DNA of 64,000 nucleotides from Eledone cirrhosa (lineage: Eukaryota), in NCBI GenBank assembly GCA_964016885.1, contig CAXHJY010000928.1:372001-436000 (forward strand). Direction: 5' to 3'. Below the pieces are notes generated by a model. That model saw nothing but the letters and a program-made list of their open reading frames with translations. It ran no database searches and was not told the origin of the DNA. The position numbers and the translations under genes were made by a program. Below are positions 1-12,053 of the stretch, piece by piece. Each line of letters starts with the position of its first letter. Position 1 is the first letter of the stretch.

Positions 1-43
1 ATATATATATATGTATGTATATATATATATATATATATATATG

Positions 44-1870
44 TCATCATCATCACCGTTTTACGTCCGTTCTTCCACGCTAGCATGGTTAGATGGGTTG
101 TCCTGTTGTGGACAGTGTCTGGTCGGCTGACCATGCCTTGCTCATACAGGAACTGATTTTGGCTTGATTTCTACAGCTGGATGCCCTTCCTAACACCAAC
201 CTCATTTACAGTGAGTGATGGGTGTTTTTTCCGTGGCGCCTACACATCTACTTTACAGTGTGCGCTGGGTGCTTTTTTTGCTGTGGTACCTCCACGACCA
301 CTTTGCAGTGGGAGGGTGTGGGGGCATATTGTCTATATGCTTCAGCTTGTACCCATGGAAGGTCGGGTACTCTGTATTACTGCGTGACGCCAGAGGTCAC
401 GGTCGTGTGTCATTACCTTTGAGAGGTGTAATTGGGTAAGGTCGGCTTTTATCACCTCATCCCAGGTTTTCTTGGGTCTCCCCACTCCACGGTATCCATT
501 GACTTCTTGTGCTCTGCACCTTTTTATGCAGCTGTCATCCTTCATACGCATCACATGTCCATGCCAACGCAACCGCCTCTCCTGCACACAGCATTTGATT
601 CCTCTTATGCTCAGTCTCTCTTTTAATTCATTTATTCTTTCGCATATATTACTATTACACATCGATCGGAGCATGCAGGCTTCGTTTCTTTCTAATCTAC
701 GTAAGTCTTCCACCTTCAGCGCCCAGGTCTCCCTACCATGTAACATTGCTGTTCGTATACACGCATCATACAGTCTGCCTTTCATTTTGAGGGAGAAGCC
801 TTTTGCAGCTAGCAGTGGCAGTAGTTCCCTGAACTTCTTCCATCCCGTTCTTACGCTAGTTATTGTACTTTCTGAACACCCACCTCCGCTCCTAATTCGG
901 TCACCTAGGTAGCAGAAGCTGTCTACTGTCTCTACAGAGCCCTCCCAGAGATTGGTGGTACTTGTTTCCTGTGGCTGTTTGCTGCTTGCTGTCCCAGCAC
1001 AGCTGCTACATGTGAAGCCTACATTCTTAATTAAGCTTCCTCAGATCCCACTACATCTCTTGTGTACCCATTGTTTGCATTTGGGGCAGAGAATGGAGTT
1101 CGTACCTACACCTTTCTTACATACTGAGCAAGGCCATTTCCCTGAGGGGATCTGGGTTCTGTTTTCTCGTCTACTTACAAGGACCTTAGTCTTTGTCATG
1201 TTGACTTTGAGACCCTTTCTTTCTAGTCCCTGCTTCCAAGTTTGGATTTCTTCTCTAGTTCTACCATAGATTCAGCTATAAGTGCGAGGTCATCTGCATA
1301 CAGGAGTTCACATGGGCATCCTGTCTTAAACACCTCCGTTATTGCCTGCAGGACTATGATGAATAGGAGAGGGCTAAGAACAGAGCCCTGGTGGACCCCA
1401 ACCTGTACGCTAAATTCCTCGCTATACTCATTGCTAATCCTAACTTTGCTGACTGCTCCCCTATACATGGCTTGTACCGCTTTCACACGCCATTCATCTA
1501 CTCCTAGTTTTCTAAGAGCCCAGCAGATTACACCACGTGGAACTCTGTCAAAGGCTTTCTCGAGATCGACGAATGCCAGGTAGAGTGGCTAACTTTTAGC
1601 TAGGTACTTTTCCTGTAACTGCCTCACAAGGAAGAGGGCATCAGTGGTGCCTCTTCCTGGTATAAACCCAAATTGCATCTCATCTAGTTTCACTCGATCC
1701 CTAATCAACTGTGCTATAACTCTTTCTGTTACTTTCATGACCTGGTCCATCAGCTTTATACCTCTATAGTTTCCTCTATCTAGTACATCACCTTTACCTT
1801 TGTAGCAGTTGACAATGATGCTACTGCACCAATCTTTTGGTATGACACCTTCTAGTATTACCTGGTTAAC
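44..1870 (-). mobile_element. RTE-clade LINE family A, 5'-truncated, frameshifted copy with (GAT)n tail
   Basis: ORF pieces 1589-1885, 1223-1486 ([12 protein letters not shown]) and 342-785 match the intact ORF at 15443-18562. The 3' UTR and (CAT)n tail on the plus strand abut a TA microsatellite. Confidence 0.93.
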
Positions 1871-2384
1871 ACACATTAACCACACATATTAGAAGCATCT
1901 GTATGTATATATATGTTACTAGATATTAATTCTTTATAATTATCTCCAAATTATTTGTCGAGCAATATTGGCCAAGACTGCTGCTATGGTAGCAGGCAGG
2001 CCGCTGTCTTATTAACAAACCACTTTCTACTGATCGATGTCCCATGATTGATTCTTTTTGAATTTGCCACCGACGCAGTAGGCAGTGATTTTCTCAATGG
2101 CTAGGAATTCAGTCCACGCTTTGCTATTTTCTATCCACTGAATTATTTTTGTATAAGTTTCCAGAGTCCTCGCTTTGCCTGGATACTTAGCTGAGAATAG
2201 TCTTCCCTGACGACGAAATGCTTCTCTGTATTTTCTTCGGAAAGTATATTTATTCCATTTCAGAAACTAATTAGTTGGGAGTGAAATTTTAGTAAGTAAG
2301 TTAATTTTATAATTTTCTTATTTTACGTCTCTCATATATATATATGTATATATATATGTATATACATATATGTATATATACACA

Positions 2385-2658
2385 GAGATATCCACGGTAA
2401 GTTGTGGGGTCTAGTTTGCATGAAGAACTCAATGTAATCCATATGTTGAAAATGTTGTAGGTTAACATAAATCCCGGAAAACAATAAAACATTAAAAGGA
2501 AAACAGTCATGATATAAGTTAAAACAATGAAATAAAAAATCAAGTCATTAGAAATATACTTCACTGCTTTACGATCATACACATATATGTACACACACAC
2601 ATATATGTACACACACACATATAAGCGCTCATACACATATACTCGCATATACACACAT

Positions 2659-2696
<38 letters not shown>

Positions 2697-3243
2697 TCCC
2701 ATATCATACATACATAGATACATATTTACTCATGCAATTAAGGGTGGTTGTGTACCTTGTTGCCCTTAGTCATTAACGCATAAATCTAAGGAAGCTAAAA
2801 CATTAAAAGGTAAGAAGTAAGCATGAATGCGTATAATTAAGGGAAAGGGATACTAACAAATGGTACGTCATATAGAATTATAGTGAGTTGCTATTTAGAA
2901 TATTTAATTAGGTTTATAGTATTTAAATGTTTTTCATATACGGTGATTACAAACTATAATCAGTCCTGTCTTTTATTCAATAAATCGTCCTTAGATTTAG
3001 TAATTTCCAAGATCTCTCGCATCATAACCCGCATTCCCTCCTGTTCCCAAGATATGGAGTTCTTTGTAGAGTGGTGTTCCATGATAGCTTGAAATCTATT
3101 TTTTTCTTTTTATAGTTATTTACTGCTTCAGCTAAAGATGTGGTGTTAGCTAGTTTAGTATTGTTAAAACTCCTAGAGTGTGCATAAAATCTTTTCTTAA
3201 ATGTGTTTGATGTAGATACTATATATGTTTTTGTTGGAGTCAC
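2385..3243 (-). mobile_element. Penelope-like element 3' remnant (GIY-YIG end plus decayed pseudo-LTR)
   Basis: ORF 3022-3243 (YIVSTSNTFKKRF..ANTTSLAE..W..TPY..NRREC) resembles the endonuclease end of ORF 50297-52738. The motif ATGAAGAACTCAATGTA is shared with the pLTR at ~46640. Confidence 0.75.
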
Positions 3244-3376
3244 TAGTTGACATGGTGCATTTATATATTAATTTATACGTATAGTTGACACAGTGCATTT
3301 ATATATTAATATATACATATATATACATAATGCAAGTGTGGAAGATGGACATTAAACGATGATGATGATGATGATG

Positions 3377-3410
<34 letters not shown>

Positions 3411-3415
3411 GTATG

Positions 3416-3446
<31 letters not shown>

Positions 3447-3459
3447 GTATATATATGAA

Positions 3460-3956
3460 TGTACAGCCACCGGAAATAACATCTGTGAAATATACAGCGC
3501 CATCTACCTGTTAGCTAGCTACCTCAGTGAAACAAAAGAACCCTTAAAACCTACCAGAATAAACGCCTACACAGCGGCTAAACATCAAACGATTATTTCT
3601 GTATAAATAGAGTGGTTCCAAACACTTCACCAGTCGACTTTTGGCAGAGTCAGCTAACGTATCGTTGTTCCTCTCCTCTGCCACGCTTTGTCACTCACAC
3701 ACGACTTGTACCCCGTATCGTCGCTTCATATGAAAATAAATAGCTGATCGAATTTACATCTCGCCTTGCTTCGTCCTTTCAACTTGTGCTTTCGTCTGTC
3801 CATCCTCAACAGTTCTTTTAAGGGCTATATGTGACAACAGTCCTTTTAAGGGCTATCTTCAGATCTGATCAGACCGTATGCGATAACAGTCCTTCTAAAG
3901 GCTATTCTCGGATCTGATCAGAAGTAGTGACTAGACTGACTAACCACGTCGCTACA
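3460..3956 (+). repeat. Putative 5' LTR of a Gypsy-type retrotransposon
   Basis: Ends in ...GCTACA 2 nt before a PBS. TATAAA at ~3602, AATAAA at ~3735, three internal ~20-bp repeats at 3788-3905. The TG start at 3460 is tentative. Confidence 0.7.
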
Positions 3957-3958
3957 AT

Positions 3959-3976
3959 TGGTGACCCCCGACGTGA
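3959..3976 (+). promoter_or_regulatory. Primer-binding site complementary to the tRNA-Trp 3' end
   Basis: TGGTGACCCCCGACGTGA follows the LTR; the tRNA-Trp complement is TGGTGACCCCGACGTGA (one extra C here). Confidence 0.8.
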
Positions 3977-4016
3977 GTCGAACACGCAACCAGACAGCAC
4001 CTAAGAAAATACCAAC

Positions 4017-5244
4017 ATGGACATGCAACCAACAACAGAGGCCGAGATTTCAGAGCTGCGGGCTGGTCAAATTAAAGCCCTCTCAAATCAAGTAGAGAAC
4101 CTGACCTTTCAAACACACTGGCGATGCAGCAACAATCGATCCAGGCCTTTTCACAGTCGAAGATCCAGTAGTCCCAGTCAAAATCGTGTGCCTGGCAACA
4201 TCTGCTGGTATCACACAAATTTCGGCACACAGGCATCTAAGTGCAAAGCCCCGTGCTCTTTCCGGAATACCACCCAGGGCCTAGCGACGACATTCAACCC
4301 TGGTACTGAAAAGAAAAGTTGTCTATTTTTTATTAATGACCAGGCGACAGGCATACATTACCTCGTGGATACAGGAGCCCAGGTTAGTGTTATTCCTGTT
4401 TCACTAATCTCAGGCAAAAGACACCCAACGCCGTCCTTTCTGCAGGCAGTGAACCGATCGTCCATTCCGACTTTCGGGAAAAAATCACTGACCCTCAATT
4501 TAGGCCTGAGGCGGCGTTTTCAATGGGTGTTCATCGTGGCAGACCTGCCGACCCCTATCCTAGGAGCCGATTTTCTCCACCACTTCAACCTTCTGGTGGA
4601 TATGAAGAACCGGAGGCTTATCAACACCACCACAAACCTCACTGTGAGAGGTATATTTACCACGCAATCCACAGTGAGCCCTGTAATTTGCCAGTCAGAG
4701 CCTTCGCGTTACAACGGCATTCTCCAGAAATATCCAGACATCACTCGCCCGGTATTTAAGGATGGACCTATTAAGAATAGTGTCACACACCACATCGAGA
4801 CAAGAGGACCACCCACAGATGCCCGACCAAGGAGACTGCCTCCAGACGATTGAGAATTGCCAAGCAGGAGTTCCAACACATGCTGGACCTCGGAATCATT
4901 CGCCCTTCCTCCAGCAACTGGTCTGCACCCCTACACCTTGTTCCAAAAAAAAACCGAGAATGATTGGCGACCATGTGGGGATTATCGTGCACTTAACAAT
5001 TCTACAGTGCCTGATAATTACCTCACCTGCACGATTTTTCTGCCTCTCTGCAAGGCGCACGCATCTTTTCCAAGGTAGATTTGGTGCGTGCATATAACCA
5101 GATACCTATGAAGCCTGCAGACATTCCGAAGACCGCAATCACAACACCGTTCGGTTTATTCGAATTCCTGCGAATGCCATTTGGTCTGCGCAACGCTGCA
5201 CAAACTTTTCAGCGGTTTATTAACACCGTGTTACGCGATCTACC
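4017..5244 (+). pseudogene. Gypsy/Ty3 gag (mostly deleted)-protease-RT fragment
   Basis: CWYH..FG..A.KC..PC gag knuckle, LVDTGAQVS aspartic protease, and RT motifs WRPCGDYRALN and [14 protein letters not shown] spread over several frames; truncated before YxDD. Confidence 0.9.
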
Positions 5245-5301
5245 TGTGTCAACTATACGTATACATTAATATATAAATGCACTGTGTCAACTAATGATAG
5301 G

Positions 5302-5480
5302 AACAACAACAACCACCATAATAACAATAATAGCAACACACACAACTATGACGATAGATATAATTGTTTCTACTTTTGGCACAAGGCCAGCAATTATCCC
5401 AGTGTATTACTGGTACTTTATTTTATCGACCCCGTAAGGATGAAAGGCAAAGTTGACCTCGGCGGGATTTGAACTCAGAA
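5302..5480 (-). mobile_element. tRNA-derived SINE fragment (Meta/MESC-like core)
   Basis: The minus strand has a B-box GAGTTCAAATCC followed by GAGGTCAACTTTGCCTTTCATCCTTACGGGGTCGATAAAAT and a (GTT)n-like tail. Confidence 0.7.
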
Positions 5481-7897
5481 TGGAAAGGGCCGTAACTCCA
5501 TGTGTCAAAGCATGGCACTCGACCCTCTACCGATACTGCCAATACCCCTTAGAGAAACTATTCTTCAACCCAGCTGACAAAACATATAAGATGGGTAATA
5601 TCTATCCTACGAGGTTACTCTTTAATAAAAGAGTTTGCATACCACAACAAATAGATGACGAGACAGAGGCACAGTTCACCATAGCTAGAAATAAGATTAG
5701 ACAAATAGTAGACAGGTATACTAAGAGACAGAGCAGACCAGAGGCCCAACAACTTGGGAGGAAACCTGTAGAAGGCTTGGTTAGCCTCAAGCAGCGCACA
5801 AGGGATGGTGAGGTAGTATGTCTACCCACGGATAAGTCTGGTAGGATGTCAATAGATAGTATGCCGAACTATATCAAGGCTATGCAACCCCACATAACCA
5901 ATACGAGCAAAATTGCACAGCAAATACATGATGGGAGAGAGAAAATCCTCAACGCTCACATGATGTGGACCGACATCCTAAAGCCAAGCAGACGCACTGC
6001 CAACAACTTCCAGGCGTCTAATAATGGCATACCACCCTTGTATGGGCTCCGCAAAGACCATAAGACAGTCGACAACCTGACAACAGGACCACCAACAAGA
6101 CCTGTATGTGGAGCAAATATAGCTAGCAACTACAGGATCTTCTACTTCCTCTCAATGGTTATACGCCCCATAATCAAGATGTCCCCAGATGTATGTGGCA
6201 GTACAGAGGACCTCCTCAGCAGAATCAGTGAGTGCAACAAAAACAGGAACCTATCCAACTGCATAATAGGCAGCATGGATGTGGTATCACTGTACCCATA
6301 CATTAACATTGATTTTTTTGTGGAAATATGTGTGGAGATGATCATTGAGAGTGAGGTGGAGTTCTGCGACGTCGACACAGACGAACTGGACCTCCTACTT
6401 AGACTTACCTACGACACTGACTACCTAGACAGCCATGACCTTAGACGATTCTGCCTCAGTAGACCCATAAGAGGTAGAGCCCCCACCATAACCTCAATGG
6501 CAAAAAAGACTCCCAGGGTAAGGTGGATTGGGTGGACCAAAGCTATACTGACCCCCCAAAACAATGATCAGGTAAGAAAAATGGTCGCACATGCATTAGG
6601 GGCTAGTATCAAATCTACCCTAAAGGGCCACATATTTAAGTTCAACGAGAAGATCTACACCCAAAATGAGGGAGCAGCCATTGGCGTCAGCATAGCTGGT
6701 GACGTTACCAACCTTTTTATGTTATGGTGGGAAAGGAGACTCAAAGATCTCCTTGATGAGAGCTCCATAGACCTCATCATGTACTCTCGTTATGTAGACG
6801 ACATCAATATAGTAATAAGGACATCCCCACAAGAGAGCACTAATAAGTTTGATTTAGAACGTAGCACAATGGAAAGCATCCAGCAGATAGCTAATTCCAT
6901 ACACCAGAGTATAACTGTAACTATCGACTACCCTTCCAAACACCCTAACAATAGACTACCTGTATTAGACACGGAACTCTGTATTAACACTATAGACTAG
7001 AGAACCCAATTTCTCCACTCACACTATGCTAAACCCATGGCCTCCAAATACCTGATACTCAAAAACTCAGCAATGTCCAGTAGTGCTAAGTTTAATATTC
7101 TGACCGCAGATTTGGTACGAGTGATGAAGAACGTGTCCCGCATGTGCGACCCAACAGAAATGGAAAGACACATCCAACACTTCATCAACCGCATGCAGTT
7201 CTCTGGCTACAACCAAAGAGACAGAATCAGAGTATACGAAGGAGCCACGGAGAAGTATAAGACCCTCATAGAACTGGACATGAAAGGAATTTGCCCATTA
7301 TACAGGAGCAAATCATGGAATAGCTTAGATAGGACTAGACATAAGATAGGGAAAGCCACCTCATGGTACGACAACCAGAGATACCAGAGTGTCATGTTTG
7401 TGGACGCTACCCCTGAAGGGAAATTAGCAAACCAGTGTAGAAAGGCCCTGAGAAAGACCCACTTAAAGATTAAGGTAGTAGAAAAGCCAGGAACCACCAT
7501 AAAATCCCTGATCAGCAAAACCTACCCTTTTAAGAAAACCCACTGTACTTATAGGAAATGTATCATATGTAGAGTAAACCCCCGGATAAACTGTAAAACT
7601 AGAAACGTAGTCTATAGCATAAGATGTACAGAGGGTACTTGCAGAAACATGACAACAACACACATAGGCGAGACAGCTTGTAGCATAGGTGAAAGGATAG
7701 ACCAACACTGGGGGGAACTAAAAGGACGAAAAAACGGTTCAGTACTATACGAACATGCCAGACAACAACACAACGGTAACATAGACAACATAGAAATTAG
7801 AATAATATCTAAACATAGAAATGACCCAGCAGATAGGCAAATCAGAGAGGCCAGCGAAATAGAACTTAGAAGGCCAAGGTTAAACAAACACCACTGA
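5481..7897 (+). pseudogene. Penelope-like element RT + GIY-YIG ORF (Neptune-like), one in-frame stop
   Basis: DKSG, MDVVSLY, G.AIG, YSRYVDD; ORFs 5453-7000 and 7037-7897 share a frame and are split by one TAG; Cys-rich linker then NVVY..C..HIGET endonuclease. The clade label is inference. Confidence 0.88.
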
Positions 7898-8159
7898 CCT
7901 AAGAGAAGTATAAATAAATAAATAAATACATACACAAGCACAATAACAACAACCATATAAACACACACTAGTAAACTAAGATAGAATACATTAACCAATA
8001 CACAGACACCCAAACAAGAACACACATCAAACAAAACACTATACACACACGCAAACGCATGCGCAAAGAAGACAAAAAAAAAACAAATAAATAAATATAT
8101 AAACAGACTAAATAAAGATGGCGTAAGCATACAATGCAACAGGAGGAAACATAATAGCA

Positions 8160-8203
8160 CCACTGACGATGCTGCAGATGTGCAACGAAAGAATTCTGAT
8201 AGA
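8160..8203 (+). ncRNA. Degenerate hammerhead-like motif 3' of the PLE ORF
   Basis: CTGACGA, stem TGCA-gatg-TGCA, GAAA, palindromic GAATTC. The cleavage triplet and stem I are poor. Confidence 0.4.
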
Positions 8204-8393
8204 CTATATGTTTGTGTCTATATTATATCTGTATTTTTGACTGTTGGTCAGTCAATGGTAACATTGAGGACCGAATAAATTAAATTAACTGATATAAAAG
8301 ACACAGAAGCGAAAACCAACCAAGTAGTGAGAGTGTTCTGTTATTAATTCTGGCAATATTATTACACAAATATGACCCTCCCCAAGTATAACA

Positions 8394-10691
8394 ATCATCA
8401 TCATCATCATCATCATCGTTTAACGTCCATGTTCCACGCTTGCATGGGTTTGGACGGGAGTTTTCCCACTTGAGGCAAGAGTGGTTGTTTTGCTCGCATA
8501 GGACTGTCTGGCGGGTTTTCTACGGCTGGATGCCCTTCCTAACACCAACCACGTTTACAGTGTGGACTGGAAGGTTTTTACCGTGTTACCTACATGGCCA
8601 CATTACAGCGTGGACTGTGTTTTTTTTTGTCGTGACACCTACATGACCTCATTTGTTTCGGACTGGATGTTGTGGTACCAACATAACTTTACATTAAAAG
8701 GGGTGGTGTGGATGGGGTGGGGGTAGTGAGATGGGGGTGTATTTTTGTTAGAGGAGCCTACTGACTGTAGTAGGTTTCACTTTGTACTTAGGTAAGGCGG
8801 GTCTTCTGTATTACTGTGTAGCGCCAAAGATCTCGGTCCAGTGACATTGTCTTGGAGAGGTGTAAGTGTGTTTGGTTGGAATTTATCAGGTCATCCCAGG
8901 TTTTTCTGGGTCTGCCTACTCCGTGGCTACCGTCTATTTTTATTGCCCTGCACTTTGTTATACAGCTGTCGTCTTTCATGCGCATCACGTGTCCATACCA
9001 ACGTAGTCTTCTCTCGAGTAAACAACATCTGATCCCTCTTATTTCTAATTTTTCTCTTAGTTCGTTAATGCTTTGCCGTTCACGTATATTACTATTACAC
9101 ATCCAGCGGAGCATGCAAGCCTCGTTCCTCTCTAGTCTGCGTATATCCTCTGCACACAATGCCCAGGTCTCACTGCCATGTAACATTGCTGTTCTTATGC
9201 AGGTATCATACAGCCTGCCTTTCATTTTTAGAGAGAACCCTTTAGCGGCTAATAGTGGTATAAGCTCTCTGAACTTTTTACATCCAGTTCTGACTCTAGC
9301 TACTGTACTTTCAGAGCACCCTCCCCCACTGCTGATTTTATCACCCAAGTAACGGAAGGTGTCCACTATTTCTATAGAACCATCTGTGCAATGGAATGAG
9401 CTAGTATTCTGTGGGCACTTGCTGCTACTTATTGCACCAGACCACCGGCCACATATAAAATCTATATTCTTAGTTAGCTTACCTGTGATCCCACTACATC
9501 TTTTATGCACCCATAGTTTACATTTGGGACATATAATGGAGTTTCTACCTACTTCTTTCCTATACACTGAGCATGGCCATTTCCCGGATGGGACCGGCGC
9601 CCTATTTTCCTTCCTACAAACTAGAACTTTAGTCTTAGACAGGTTAATTTTAAGGCTTTTGATTCTAGGCCAAGCTTCCATGTTTGGAATTTCTTCTCTA
9701 GTTCAGCCATTGATTCAGCTATGAGCGTTAGATCATCTGCATATAGGAGTTCCCATGGGCAACCGGTCTTGAACTCCTCTGTTATAGCCTGAAGGACAAT
9801 AATAAATAGTAGGGGGCTAAGAACAGAGCCCTGATGAACACCAGCTTTTATGCTAAACTCTTCACTATATTCGTTGTTAATTCTAACCTTGCTGACTGTT
9901 TCTTTATACATGGCTTGTATAGCTCTCACAAGCCATTCATCAACACCTAGTTTTCTAAGAGCCCACCAGATAATGGAACGGGGGACTCTGTCAAATGCTT
10001 TCTCCAAGTCGACAAAAGCTAAGTATAGGGGTTTACTTTTAGCTAGGTACTTCTCCTGTAGTTGTCGTACAATGTAAAGAGCGTCTGTGGTACTTTTACC
10101 TGACACAAACCCAAACTGCATTTCATCTAGATCAATTCGCTCTCTGATTAGTTGCGCTATTACTTTTTCTGTGACCTTCATGACCTGGTCGATTAATTTA
10201 ATGCCTCTATAGTTACCCCTGTCTAGGGCATCTCCTTTACCCTTGTAGCAGTTAATAATAATGATGCTGCTACGCCAGTCCTTCGTTTTACTATCCGGGT
10301 GACCATAGTGTGTCCCACCGTTGCAGAAGCTTTCAGCCACTATTTCCGAAGGCCCAGCCGCCTTACCCGTCTTCATATCTTTGATTGCCTTACTTATTAT
10401 ACTACCTTCGACTAACACTGCTGGTCCCTCTATTGGATCGATGTGGGGGAGACTGTCTTTCTCCCATTTATTCTCCTCATTTAGTAGCCTTTCGTAGTGA
10501 CACTTCCAAGCTACCTTCTTATCAGCGTCAGTGATAGCAAGTGCACCATCATCATTGAGGACACACTTCTCCCCGACAATATCACGGTTTTCCTTGACAC
10601 ATTGCCTAGCAATCCTGAACACCTCACGTTTTTGGTCCTCGCGTTGTAGAACATGCTTGAACTTTCTTTCCTCTGCTTCCCTTCTTGCGAA
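8394..10691 (-). mobile_element. RTE-clade LINE family B, 5'-truncated, frameshifted
   Basis: ORFs 9621-10697 ([15 protein letters not shown]) and 8788-9681; 3' UTR and (GAT)n tail at ~8394-8416. Confidence 0.93.
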
Positions 10692-10800
10692 CAACATATA
10701 TATATATATATGTATATGTATATATATATGTATATATATATATGTATATATATGTATATATATATTTGTATATATATGTATATATATATGTATATATATG

Positions 10801-10855
<55 letters not shown>

Positions 10856-11010
10856 GTATATGTATATATATATGTATATATAATGTAGGAGGTGAGTTTT
10901 ATTGTAGTACAATAAAGCAATGCAGATATCGGATAAGAAGCACTCTACAGTTTGTAGGACTGGAGTATACATAATATATAAGATCAAAAGATGGTTAAAA
11001 GAGTTCCATG

Positions 11011-11081
11011 TATTTTATTATGCGCATTTCAGAAACAAATATCATCATGCAATAACATTTGTATTTTCATCAGATAAAATA
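11011..11081 (-). ncRNA. Type-I hammerhead ribozyme in PLE-1 pLTR
   Basis: Minus strand: TATTTTAT CTGATGA [36-nt hairpin] GAAA TGCGCA TA ATAAAATA; 8-bp stem I, intact core, palindromic stem III. Confidence 0.85.
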
Positions 11082-11446
11082 GGAAGACATGATATGAAGG
11101 TTAAAAAACACTTGTGAATAGTGCAGTTTTAAATCAACATATGAAAAGTAGTTTTAGATTGATGTGTGATATTGGTAAAAAAATTTTATGGGGGGGGGGG
11201 GGTTGGAAAGGATGAAAAAGAGGAGGAGATGAGAGTAAAAAGTGGAGGGGGAGGAGTATAATGAGGAAGGATGAGATAGGAGGAGAGATGGGTGATAGAG
11301 AGAGAGAGATAGTTTTTATAACTGAGAAAAATATATTGTTTTACATAGAGAGGTTGAAAAACCGTTGGAAGATAATATATAAATTAAAAAAAGAATTTGA
11401 AAATTAACGAAGAGAAAAATAATGTTAAGTTAAGGTTTGTATATTG

Positions 11447-11615
11447 AAGGGTTTAATAATATGTGCGATGAAAAGAAATTGTTAATATGTATTAAGAATA
11501 ATATTTAAGGGTTTAATAATATGTGCGATGGAAAGAAAATGTTAATATGTATTAAGAATAATATTTAAGGATTTAATAATATGTGCGATTGAAAGAAAAT
11601 GTTGATATGTATTAT
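11447..11615. repeat. 60-bp tandem repeat (about 3 units) inside the PLE-1 pLTR
   Basis: AAGGGTTTAATAATATGTGCGAT... recurs at a 60-nt period; mirrored at ~14490-14660; about two units at 57212-57320. Confidence 0.85.
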
Positions 11616-12053
11616 TAAAAATAGCAAAGGTAATGTAAGTAAGGATGTATTGTGAAAAAAGTAGAAGATAGGATGAAATAGATGAGCATGAAAGTGAGAA
11701 AAAAATAATGAATTGAGGATGAATAATCTAACGTCAAAAAAATGTTTATGTTTACGAAGGATTTTTTCAAGGTGATATAAAGTAAGAATATATTGTATTG
11801 TGTAATAATTGTTTCTATGTTAGGTACAGTGAGAAAAAGGTACAGATTAGGGGTTAGAAATTAAAAGAAAAAGAAAAGAAAAGGAAGAAAGGGAAGTGAT
11901 AAATAGGAGTGATATAGAATGAGTAACAAGTATTATATAATGTATAATAAATAACTTTGAAATAAGGTAGAAAGATGGGTATATTTTTAAAGAAGTATAT
12001 ATATATATATGTACCTTTGAGAAAAGGATTCTAAATTGATAAAGTATTGGATA

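Noticed and set aside
2200-2260. CTGACGA...GAAA hammerhead-like match
   Set aside because: Stem I cannot form and stem III is poor.
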